Origin: Octopus bimaculoides
Taxonomy: Eukaryota
Reading direction: 5' to 3'
NCBI RefSeq assembly: GCF_001194135.2
Contig: NC_068994.1
Coordinates: 47,723,897 to 47,787,872, forward strand
DNA: 63,976 nt
The position numbers were made by a program, and so were the translations under genes. This document shows positions 37,332 through 48,845 of this stretch, in pieces. Position 1 is the first letter of the stretch; each line of letters opens with the position of its first letter. A model generated the notes under the pieces. The model saw nothing but the letters and a program-made list of their open reading frames with translations. It made no database searches and was not told where the DNA came from.

Positions 37332-37517
37332 GATTGAAAAACACTATAGGAAGGAAAACCCAGGTTCGAAATTTCCCCAAGGCACCTGATGAAGGCTGGA
37401 GGGTATATCAGCTGAAACGTTGTGTTAACAACAAACAAGATGAGGACAAATATCCGTCAAATGTAAATAATGTAGCAATATCCTTATTGGTCATTTACTT
37501 TCAGAAAGATTTTTTTT
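37122..37517 (+). mobile_element. Composite element: inverted Penelope-type terminus, tRNA-like Pol III head, (AAT)n, hammerhead-bearing terminus, T8 run
   Basis: 98-bp inverted arms at 37140-37237 and 37377-37474 (about 90% match by eye). A-box TGGCGTAGTGG at 37235-37245, B-box GAGTTCAATTCC at 37278-37289. The first TTTT run is at 37510-37517. Confidence 0.75.
37379..37428 (+). ncRNA. Putative minimal type-I hammerhead ribozyme (Penelope-like pLTR type)
   Basis: GGCAC-CUGAUGA-A-GGCUG(GAGGGUAUAU)CAGCU-GAAACGU-U-GUGUU. The catalytic core is intact. Stem I is GGCAC/GUGUU, stem II is GGCUG/CAGCU, and stem III is reduced to the palindrome ACGU. Predicted cleavage is after GUU (37421). Confidence 0.7.
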
Positions 37518-38984
37518 CTAATTACTTCTATGTTTAATAAATTGTTTAACCCTAGGTTGGCCCTGACTGTGCAAGATCTATAAAAAATTGCTTTCGGGAA
37601 CTAATAGCTAAATCTCCTCCAAATCACAACTAAACATATTTAAAAAGAAGGAACACTTTGGAAAAATGTAGCCTCACATACAAAAGGGCTGCGACGGAAC
37701 GTCTTTGAGCTGCTCGATCAGGACTGACCTGGGGTTAAACAACAACAACAAATGTGTGTGTGTGTTTTTTACCATCAGCTTGATCGAACAAACCAAAAGC
37801 TTCGTAAATGAACGTACTTTCATTTTGTGGTTAGAATCGGGATTTAAACTTCTGTATTCAAGTGCTGCCAGACACCCGGTCCGACGTTTTTGCAGGTTGC
37901 ACCAATCCATCGCCCGAGCTAAAGCTAACTCGACGGGATTTTAATTCTAACCGCAGAGTCACGACACTTTTTGAACTCAGAGCAGTGACTTATCGCAATT
38001 TAGAGACAATAAGCCATCTAGTTAGGCGCTCGAGAATTGTGGAATTGGTAGAGTCGTTAGGGCATGGGACAGAATGCTTCGCAGAACTTGTTCCGATTCT
38101 TTGCGATTAGAGTTCATATCCTGCCGAGTGAACTTTGACTCGAGCGATGGATTGGTGTGGCAACAAAAACGTCGGGCCGGATGCTTTGCGATACTTGTTT
38201 CGGCTCTTTGCGTCCTGAGTTCAAATACCACCATGATCAGCCCAAGTTGGGAGACTTAACCCGTCACCCGGTTTAACACCACCACTGTACCGAGTTTCAT
38301 TCTTTCTTTTATTTAAGCATAATGTATCTACAAACTTGGACCAGGTTTTCGGTTTGAGGATACTTACACCAGTCTCGGAAGCCCTATAACGGTTCACGGT
38401 CACTGCTTTCTGTCCCGGTTAAAAAAAGAAAAGAAAAGAAAAAGGTGTTTTACCGGCAGCACAACCAAAATATAATAGTTACAAACAAACAATAATCACC
38501 ACGACGACTGCGAGAACTACAACACTCACACCGTTATTCTATGAGAGCCGATTAAATAACGAACAAGTTCTACTCTCGAAGACGTTATAATTATCAAACA
38601 TTGTGTTATTTTCTAAACGTGACTTTCGTAACAGCTTTATTTGTCTTTTATATATTCTGTCTTTCTTTTAAAATGTAGCATTAATAATTTATTTATTTCT
38701 GAAATATTTAAAGTATATATTCTGAAAAAAAAAAGTATAAAATTTATTTAAACAAAAAAATTTTTAATTCATAAACGGAGAGAAAAAGCAATATTATTTT
38801 ACAAAAACAAACGAATTCAAAATTTTGAAGAAGTAGAAGAAAAAAAGACAAGAATAAAAGAAAAGAAAAAAGAAACACAAAAGACCTTGACTTTGCGAGT
38901 AGAAGTTCATTGGTGGTGGTGCTACTGCTGCTGCTGTTTGTAGTGTTGGTGTTGTTGGAGACGTTCACATTTCACGGATCCCCT

Positions 38985-39134
38985 ATGGAGCAAGAACACT
39001 TACTGTTGGCCGTTCTATCTGTCCTCGTTCTTCCTATGATATTAATCTTATTCACTGTTATAGTACTCGCTTCTCTTGGTAAGTCCCTGGGCGTCAGGAA
39101 GAGATATGTGAAGCTACTACTGAAAATCTTTCAG
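38985..39134 (+). CDS. GPAT4: Glycerol-3-phosphate acyltransferase GPAT3/4 family (AGPAT6/AGPAT9-like), coding exon 1: MEQEHLLLAVLSVLVLPMILILFTVIVLASLGKSLGVRKRYVKLLLKIFQ
   Basis: Hydrophobic N-terminal segment followed by LGKSLGVRKRYVKLLLKIF (human GPAT4: FGVSFGIRKLYMKSLLKIF). CAG|GTGAGT donor, phase 0. Probably a co-ortholog of vertebrate GPAT3 and GPAT4. Confidence 0.92.
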
Positions 39135-39509
39135 GTGAGTTAACTTAGTTTTGTCATTTTTGCGCCCTTCGATTCGTTCCAGCATCAAACACCGGAGTCC
39201 CAGTCAACAAGATCGGACCGGGGTCAACAACAATCGACCAAACACTTTGAGCAGACGATGCTCTTTACTACAATTCATCTCAACTTTCAGTTTTCCTTCT
39301 GTGCTGGTAGTAATAGTGGGGTCTTTTTTTCTTTTTGATTACAACGTGTTTGTATACACTCCCACTTGTAGACTTAATGTTTTGCGACAGAATTCATTAA
39401 TTTTTTTTTTACTCAATATACTCATGACATTAGCTAAGACATTTCATTATTATATGTTTGTATGTGAGATACGTACTCAAGCTGTGTACTTTATCCGTTA
39501 AGGCTTTGT

Positions 39510-39960
39510 ATTATTATACCAAAGGTATTATTAGCTAACACTATTAGTATGAATGTGTATCATATACACATACACAGACAATATACTTTATACAATGAGG
39601 GTTTTTCACCGAGTATTTTTTAAATAATTATTATACACAAATTATTTATTAGCTAACCCTATGGATAGCTTTTTATACTACTATATACCCCAGACAGTAT
39701 TCATACTCGATAAGGGTTTTCAACAAAGTATTTCAAGCGCATCTGTTATACACAAGGTATTATTAGCTCACCCTATAGACAGCTGATAATTATTATATAT
39801 CCAAGTAATATATTCTATACGACAGGGTGTGTATTTACAGTATTTTGGATGTATTTATTATTACATACAACATATTAGCTATTAGACAACTAATTATTAT
39901 TATTATTATTATTATTGTATACACAAGCATTATACTTAATACGATAAAGATATTTTGGCA
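39510..39960. repeat. Degenerate approx. 115-bp tandem repeat, 4 copies, in GPAT intron 1
   Basis: The anchor TTAGCT occurs at 39531, 39649, 39763 and 39875 (spacing 118, 114, 112), with shared ATAC(A)CAA and ATAC..AGGG(T)..AGTATTT motifs. Confidence 0.7.
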
Positions 39961-40179
39961 GGGGTGATTTACGGATAGAGTTGGGTTAACGCTTGTATTC
40001 CAGCAAAAAAAAAATAGCAAACTTTTGTTTAAAACTCCGTCTGGCCCTCACTACAGTTAAAAGAGAATCCAGAATGCAGTGCAAAAATGACATGAGAACT
40101 CGAATCTTCGGTGACACGAGAGATTTTACTAGATTTATTTATTTCATCCAAGCATGAGACACCTCTTGTAAAGTCTATA

Positions 40180-40572
40180 CCCAACTGTGACGCCCCGAGT
40201 TCAAATCCTTTCCAGATCGACTTCGGTTTTCATTCTTCCATTGTCGATATAACAGTGCCAGTCACATACTGATGTTGATTTAATCGATTATACCTTCCCT
40301 CGAAATGTGTGGCCTTGTGCCTATGTTAGAAATCATTTTTATTATTACAGCTAACTGGCAGAATCGTTAGCGCGTCGCACAAAATGTTTAGCGGCATTTC
40401 TTCCGTCTCTTTGTATTCTGAGTTCAAATCGCACCGAGGTCAATTTTGCCTTTCATCCTTTCGGGATTGATAAGATAAAGTACCAGTCAAATGCTGGGGG
40501 TAAATGTAATCGACTAACTTCTCCCCCTAAAATTGCTGGCCTTCTGCCATAATTAGAAAGAATCATTATTAT
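40180..40572 (+). mobile_element. SINE family B, tandem pair
   Basis: Two consecutive units with retained CpGs and ATT tails. Confidence 0.8.
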
Positions 40573-42071
40573 TAACCCTGCTACACCATTAAAGACAGGC
40601 ACTTTGATTTCGTTCGTGTCTCATTTGTGGATTTAACGTGAAGTATATTAACCCCAAAACCTTCCTTTATCATTATTAGAGCGTCGTTGGGTAACATCAG
40701 TAAGGGTCTCTTTCAAAGAGCATAGTGCAAATGAGCAGTACCAACCGTCTTGGGTATTTAACCTCAAGTACTTAACAACTTAACTACCACACTCCGATCA
40801 TTCCAGCCATTCTTTAGCAATTTGAAAGAAGTGTATGTTTGCCTTTTCTTCTCCCTATGAGGCCCTTAACTTCATGCGGTTGAAGTGGGATGCTAAGAAG
40901 GTATTGACATCTTGTATTGCCAGGAATGGCAATAACAAGCTAATTCCAAAAACCTGTTTGGTAACGTGGCAGTACTAATAATTTCTAGCATTGATAAATA
41001 TGAAAAGTTGCGAGTGTCGACCTCAGTATGTAACTGTTATTTACATTATACATATATATATGAGATCTTGGAATGTTTTAAGGCTAAATCGGCGAGAATT
41101 GATTTCTTAACATCATAGAAGTTATACATTTTCCAGGAGAGATTAGTTGAGTATATTGAATCAGAACTTGTTTAGAACTTATTGGTTGCTGCTTAGCCCG
41201 AGGATGCCCAAATTGAGCAGGTCTATAATCAAAGGTATTCCAGTTATGACCAGTCCGTCTTTTTCCTATGTATAGAGGACCACATTATCCAAGGTGATCT
41301 TTTTAAACTTGTTATTTGAAGAAGACTTGGCTGCTATTTCTGGCAGATTAGACGACCACGCTGATGCTCTCTCATTGACTTGTCTAGTATTTATTTGTTT
41401 ATTTTAACGACTCCGGTAAAATGATAGGGGGGAATAGGCCTGTAACGACGAGGTGCTTACACCCAAGGATTAAAGCTAAGCTTTATATAGTGTTTACATC
41501 TGCATCCGTATATGTTAAACGCTAAGTTTTACCGACTCTCAGAAAGAAAAATAAAAAAAAAAAAGAAAAGCTAGCTCAGAGAATGGGTACTATATAAACT
41601 GTTTTCATATCTCAAAGGTTGAAAAATTTGTTTTTAAAAAAGATGCTTGTTGATGCTGAAGGAATAATTTATTGGAGCCAAGAAATTGATCAGTTAAACA
41701 AAGAGGGAAGCTGTGCGTGGGGTCGTTCGTACTATTAGAAAAAGGATCAAAATATCCCTTAACTCACAGCTTTACGGCTTTTTCTGTTTTTTTAAGTGGT
41801 GCTATTTATTATAGAATATGACAGGGAGTCGCTGTTTATATGTTTTTGATCATAAGTCCATCCTATTAGGACAAACCGGGAGTTAAACAAGAACAAAAGG
41901 AAGGATGCTGTGTAGACCTAGATACGATAAAACGGTCACAGTTGACCCGTGGCTAAACAACAAGCAATATTCAAAAGATTGCAGTTGCATCTTTATCGTT
42001 TCACATATTCCACGCGAAAAAGGTTAATCTTTAACTATCGTCCATTCATTTTATATATATATATATATATA

Positions 42072-42073
<2 letters not shown>

Positions 42074-42167
<94 letters not shown>
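42074..42167. repeat. (TG)n microsatellite (also (CA)n 43079-43128 and 46739-46838; mixed TA/TG 55755-56235; poly-T 60232-60272)
   Basis: Seen directly. Confidence 0.95.
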
Positions 42168-42168
<1 letters not shown>

Positions 42169-42174
42169 CGAGCA

Positions 42175-42410
42175 AGTATTATGATCCAAAGAATTAACCT
42201 CTACGTGGTCGCTTGATCCTCTAGAAAACACAGCTAAATCTGCTTCAAAATCACACTCGCTTGTCTTTAAAATAAGAAGAAAGGCTACAGTGGATAAATG
42301 TAGTTCTATACACATTGTCTGAAAAATAAAGATGTGATGGTTACGGCTGGAATGCTATTGATCATAGTTCTATTCCGTCAATGCTGGCATGGGGCTTAAA
42401 CAACTACAAA
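42175..42410 (+). mobile_element. Interspersed repeat family D (AAATCT..CTCAAATCACAC...GGATAATGTAGTCCTAGATAC...GGATGGTCA(T/C)GGCTGGAATG...GGGGCTAAACAAC), representative copy
   Basis: More than 12 partial copies, for example at about 22430, 27640, 33720 (-), 37540, 41170 (-), 42500, 43250, 43680, 51240 (-), 56520, 57290 (-), 57620 (-), 59990 and 63730. Class not determined. Confidence 0.65.
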
Positions 42411-43075
42411 TGCATAAACAATCAAATACGTTTTTGACTATATCTCATAAGAATATTTAGTATCTGTTAAGTATCGACGGAGCATCTACGTGTTTGCACA
42501 ACTAGCTAGGAACAGTTGGTAAATCTCCCTCAAATTACACCCTACTAAAGGATAAAAAAAACAAACACAGCTTTAGATATTCCTTTAAAAAGATGTGACA
42601 ACCATGGTTGGTTGGTTGGCATTTTTTTGATCGCAGGGTTGTTTGCACAATCGAGTTTAACCTAGGACTGGTCAACTCTATAAACATTGGCTACACGTTT
42701 GTTACCTTTTCAGTGTTGACTTTTCTGACTATATTTATTTATACACGTATGTTGCTTCTTCAATTTGATCGATTTACGTTTAAATTTTGTATTTTAAAAA
42801 ATCGTTCGCGCTTAACTGAAAGAAGGAAGAAAAAAAAAACGCCGAATTTCCAATCTATAATTTATTTCTAAATAAATTACATAGAATTAAAAAAACCATT
42901 CAAATTTTCTTCAGTTCCACATACTTTGAGAAGCGTGTTCCTTTTAATTCTTTGCGCTGGTTTGAAACTGTCCCACATGTCAATATGAAGTGGTGGTGGG
43001 TTTCTACGCAGTCATTTGTCCTGCTAGATATAGCAGTCAAATTCCACTCAAATCACAACTATGTGTGTGTGTGTG

Positions 43076-43130
<55 letters not shown>

Positions 43131-44515
43131 TAATGTAGTTTCTGATACTATTTAAAGGGTGGATTAGTCACAGCTGGAACACCTTCGATTTCCTATATAT
43201 TTGATCAGAGATAGGGATAACTAGACCATCCACGTGGTCAAGTGACTTACTAGAAAAAGCAGTCAAATCTTCCTTAAATTACACTCTTAGGTTTTAAAAA
43301 AATAAGTTTAAAAAAAGACTAGTCCTAGACACAATATATGAATATAAGTTGGGATGGTTACGGCTGGTACTCCTTATGATTGTTTGATGACGGATTGACT
43401 ATCTGTCCTATATTTTGTCGCTTTATTTTATTTACATTTTTTTAAATATAAATTTCCGGCACACCTTAAAGCATAGAAGCTGGAACATACGTAACACTGT
43501 TGCTATTACGTATTTCGACCGTTCTTCCTGTACGTATTAGGTCTTCTCTTCGTCGTAATCTTATTCAATTCATCATTCGACTATGTACAGACAAATCCAC
43601 TCGGACGTCAAGGAAAACGTCTATCCCACTCGCTATCGTCAGTATTGCAGTTCGCTCGGCTGCTCTAAAAATAGTAATGAAGTCTCTCTTAGACCACATT
43701 CTACCGTCTTAAAAAAAAGACTACTGTACATTGCACGATGTTAGCATGATATACAAAAGATATGATCCTGGCGATCACTGCTAGAACACTCTTGATCAAA
43801 GGTTTGGGTTTGCTCACTTAGGGTTGATCTGGGTGCCAAACGGTCACCATCGAATGATGAAAACGTGGCAATCAATAGAAGTGATTTGGCACAGTTTCTA
43901 CAAGCTGAATGTTCTTCCTAATGCCAACCACTCTACAGTGTGTACTAGGTGCTTTTTATTTTATTTTTTCATGGCACCAACACTAGTGAGGTTGCCTGCT
44001 AAAAGCCTTTTAGACTGAATTGGACTACATTAGAGGGGGAAGCAACTTATGTTTGGTGATGGGTAGTTAATCTATGAAGGATGGAACCAGGGCAGGTTTG
44101 TTACTGCAGAAGAGATGCATGACTACTCGCATTATACAAGAATGGGTGGGAGTAATTAGGGTAGAGTTAGAGAGAGAGATAAGGATGGTGGTGACAAGAG
44201 GAAGAGTGGTTAGAGGTTGCAAGAGCGAGTGAGGGATAGTTAGAGATTGTGTAGGGGTAGTGAGGCAAATATACAGAATGGTGAATAAGGGTGTGGTGGA
44301 TGACAAGTATGAGTTGGAGAGGAGGTAGGGGAGAGTACGTGCTGTCTAAGAGTACAGAGGAAGAAGATGAGAGAAAAGGTGATGATGTGTGGACGAGTAG
44401 GTTGCATGAGTGTGAGGATGGAAACAGATGTGTTGCAATTTCAAGAGAAACTGTGAGGTGAGTCAAGACTGTTCTTAGGCTGGGAAATTAGTGTACTATC
44501 CCTATATTTCTGAGA

Positions 44516-44853
44516 TGGCCATTGCCAGTACCGCCTGACTGGCCTTCATAGGATTTTCGAGCGAGATTGTTGCCAGTGTCCCTGGACTGGCTCTTGTACG
44601 GGTGGCACATAAAATACACCATTTTGAGCGTGGCCGTTGCCAGTACCGCCTGACTGGCCTTCATGCGGGTGACACGTAAAAGCACCCACTACACTCTCTG
44701 AGTGGTTGGCGTTAGGAAGGGCATCCAGCTGTAGAAACTCTGCCAAATCAGATTGGAGCCTGGTGTTGCCATCCGGTTTCACCAGTCCTCAGTCAAATCG
44801 TCCAACCCATGCCAGCATGGAAAGCGGACGTTAAACGATGATGATGATGATGA
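44516..44853 (+). mobile_element. Family C young copy with (GAT)n tail
   Basis: CpG-rich and nearly identical to 47375-47698. Confidence 0.85.
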
Positions 44854-46139
44854 GATGAAGAATTGTATTATGTACATTGTTTACATGAGTTGGACTGGTG
44901 ACCTAATCTTGATTGTTGTTTTCACTACATTTTGGCCGTTGTACATTCTAGCCTTTTTCAGGTGTTTTGCAAGCCATCTCATCAACTCTTCTTTGGCACC
45001 CATCCTACTACAGAACATGTTGCTCTACCAAAGCTTTCTTCTGATGAGCAACTGCTAAGTGAAGCAGTTTATTCTGAACTAAGAATTTCTTATTAGATGT
45101 CTCACTATAAATATGTCATCTGTGATCCCAACAATTATATTGTATGATACATTGACTGCAGTGTGTTTCATGCATACATGCTTTGGATATCATTGAAATG
45201 AATCACAGGATATGCAAAGTGGATATATTGCATGACTGTTTCGCACATGCCTTGCATTGTATTATCTGCATTGTATCTTGTGCTTTGCATTGTATTATCA
45301 GGTCATGAAAATGAAAGTTAATCATTGTGATGCTGTTTTGGTTATGTGAAATGTAATCTTCATGAGAAAGTTATCAAAGATGTTCAAGTTTACCATATGA
45401 TGAGCAGACAAAATGGTTGCATTTTCTCTTCAGGATTGAAAAAAATAAATCATTTCTAAACTGTTTTCTGACTCTCTTTAAAGTAGGAGTGCAGATCACT
45501 TTAGTGTTGCACACATACACAAATATCTAGAGTGGTGCAGTTTCATTCTGGACCATGTGAAAAAAAAAAGCTCACTAAACAACTTAGGAATATTAGTTTA
45601 TTAATTACATTGTAACCACCTACTCATTAACACTGGTCTTCCTGTCTCTTCTACTTCCAGTGTTTTTTTTAAACTGCCAACTGTACACCACTTTTGATTA
45701 AACCCATACAATACATGTTACTCTTCTCCTTTCATTTATTTAGAGTCTCTCTCAAACTAAACCCACTTTTCCAGTCTTTATGACTAAAAATTTAATTGGG
45801 AATGATATCGGACATTATAAGCAACATATCCATCATATATTCATCATTTTCAGTGTAATCATACAACACAATACCTGCCATTTTCTCTTCGCCATAAGTG
45901 GGTTTTATTTTTTTTGCCATTTTAACTGTAGTTTATCTCCACAAATATCTCACTTACTTCAATGCTAATTCAACAACTACTCAATGCTGGCACTATTGTA
46001 TTTTATTTCCATTTTTTTTTCCTATGCTTTCATGACTCTCAACATGTTACCTCCTGTTGCTGTCCGTTATCATTTGGCATGCACAAGAGAAAATTGCCAG
46101 TTTCTGTTTCTATGTGTGCCATTTCTTTTCTTATTTCTT

Positions 46140-46360
46140 TTATTGCCCACAAGGGGCTAAACATAAAGGGGACAAACAAGGACAGACAAAGAGATTAAGT
46201 TGATTACATCGACCCCAGTGCGTAACTGGTACTTAATTTATTGACCCCGAAAGGATGAAAGTCAAAGTCGACCTCGGCAGAATTTGAACTCAGAATGTAA
46301 CAGCAGACGAAATACCGCTAAGCATTTCGCCCGGCGTGCTCACGTTTCTGCCAGCTCGCC
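46140..46360 (-). mobile_element. SINE family B, young reverse copy
   Basis: Close to consensus with CpGs retained (GACCCCGAAAGGATGAAAGTCAAAGTCGACCTCGG). Confidence 0.85.
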
Positions 46361-46548
46361 TTTCTTTTCTAGCAGGACGTCTTACTTCTCACCAGTCACT
46401 TTACATCATGGACTTGGTACATTTTGTTGTATCACTGTCATTATAGTGTTTGTGTCTTCGGTTACTGGTTCCCCAGATAAGTTTTTTTGTTTTTTTTTAA
46501 ATGTTGTGGTTGGCAAAATCCACGTCTCTTCTGTTTGTTCCTTCCTTT

Positions 46549-46980
<432 letters not shown>

Positions 46981-47374
46981 TATTGGTATAATTTTTACAG
47001 CTAGACATTCTTTCTATCACCTATCATTTTACAGCATGGACGGGTGCCTTTCAGCACCTACGCTTGAGAGGTTTCTGCAGTAGAATTAGTATCCTCACAA
47101 TTGTGTATCAGTTTTTCTTCAGTTACTGCCCTTCTGGACAGGTTGCCGGTATTGTGGTGTGTAGTCATCTCCGAGGTTGATGTCCAACAGCTACATTGCA
47201 AGGCCTGCTGTTTTTCCGTCTTGCTTGTAATGTCAAATATTTTTCCCGATCCTTCTAAATTACAGTGGCATGTTAAATCTTGACCTATAGACTAGCGATC
47301 CTATACCTTATCTATTTCAGACATTTCACTATATCTCTTTTACTTAACGACACAGAATATTGAATCCAAAACAA

Positions 47375-47698
47375 GCCAGTGCCCTATGGATCATTGCCAG
47401 TGCCCCTGGGATCGTTGCCAGTGCCCCTGGACTGGCTCTTGTGCGGGTGGCACATAAAATACACCATTTTGAGCGTGGCCGTTGCCGGTACCACCTGACT
47501 GGCCTTCATGCCGGTGACACGTAAAAGCACCCACCACACTCTCTGAGTGGTTGGCGTTAGGAAGGGCATCCAGCTGTAGAAACTCTGCCAAATCAGATTG
47601 GAGCCTGGTGTAGCCATCCGGTTTCACCAGTCCTCAGTCAAATCATCCAACCCATGCTAGCATGGAAAGCGGACGTTAAACGATGATGATGATGATGA
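47375..47698 (+). mobile_element. Family C young copy with (GAT)n tail
   Basis: Nearly identical to 44516-44853. Confidence 0.85.
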
Positions 47699-47942
47699 GT
47701 ATCTAATACTACATTATCTAATGTATACCTTTCTTAAGATGGTAGTGTGTGTAATTTAAATGAGATTTCTCAGCTCCTTTTAGTAGGCCAAGTACCCGCA
47801 TAGAGGTAACTCCATTTTGTCACAGTCAGTGTTGGTGTTGTTATTAATATTATTGTTCTTCTCCTTCACCTTGTCATTCAATTTTACAAAGGTCAATCCT
47901 TATCTAACATTGAAACAACTTTTGTTTACCTTTATTATTATT

Positions 47943-48845
47943 AAGGCAGTGCGCTGACAATCATTACCACATCAGACAAAATGCTGAGCGGCATTTCTTC
48001 CAACTCTTTACATTCTTAGTTCAAATCTCACCAAGGCCAACTTTACCTTTCATCCTTTAGGGTTTAAGTAAGTACCAGTCAAATACTGGGGTCAATGTAA
48101 TTGACTAACACCCTCCCAATAAAAGTGTTGGTCTTGTGCCAAAATTTGAAACTTATGTTATTATTATTAAGGTGGTGAACTGGCAGAACCCTTAAGCCGG
48201 ACAAAATGCTTCATGGCAATTTATCTGTCATTCCATTCTGAGTTCAAATTCCAGTAAGGTCAACTTTACCTTTCATTCTTTTGAAGTTGATAAAGTAAAT
48301 GCCAGTTGAGTACTAGGATCAATGTAATGAACTAGTCCCCTCCTCTCAAATTGCAGGTCTTGTGACTATAATAGAAATTATTATTATTAGGCAAGCTGGC
48401 AGAGTCGTTAGCACGCTGGATGAAATGCTTAGCGGTATTTCGCCCATTGCTCTGTTCCGAGTTTAAATTCTGCTGAGGTCAACTTTGCCTTTCAGGGTTG
48501 ATAAAATAAGTACCAGTTATGCACTGGGGTCGGTATAATTTACTATCCCCCCCCACCACCAAATTTCAGGCTTTGTGCCTATAGTAGAAAGGATTGTTAT
48601 TATTATAAAAGCAGCGAACTGGTAGTATTGTTAACATGCTGGTCAAAATGCTTAGCAGCATTTTGTCCATCCTTACATTCTGAGTTCACATTCCACCATG
48701 GTCGACTTTGCCTTTCATCTTTCCAAGGTTGATGAAATAAGTACCAGTTATGCATTGGGGTCAGTGTAATTGACTAGCCCCACCACCCTTAAATTTCAGG
48801 CCCTGTGCCGAAAGTAGAAAGGATTATTATAATTATTATTATTAT
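47943..48845 (+). mobile_element. Array of four head-to-tail SINE family B copies separated by (ATT)n
   Basis: Units start at about 47943, 48170, 48390 and 48608. Confidence 0.85.

Noticed and set aside
38910-38984. In-frame hydrophobic upstream extension of GPAT from a TTG codon
   Set aside because: It is produced by (GTG/CTG/TTG)n low-complexity 5' UTR sequence. The ATG at 38985 gives an N-terminus of the expected GPAT3/4 length.
44020-44500. Purine-rich stretches (also 33060-33680, 57050-57280, 58590-58870) with faint LINE/PLE-like minus-strand translations
   Set aside because: Too decayed to assign by eye. They are probably old retroelement fragments, so I did not list them as features.
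45041-45075. CTGATGA followed by an AACTGCT/AGCAGTT hairpin
   Set aside because: No GAAA after the stem, so the hammerhead core is incomplete.
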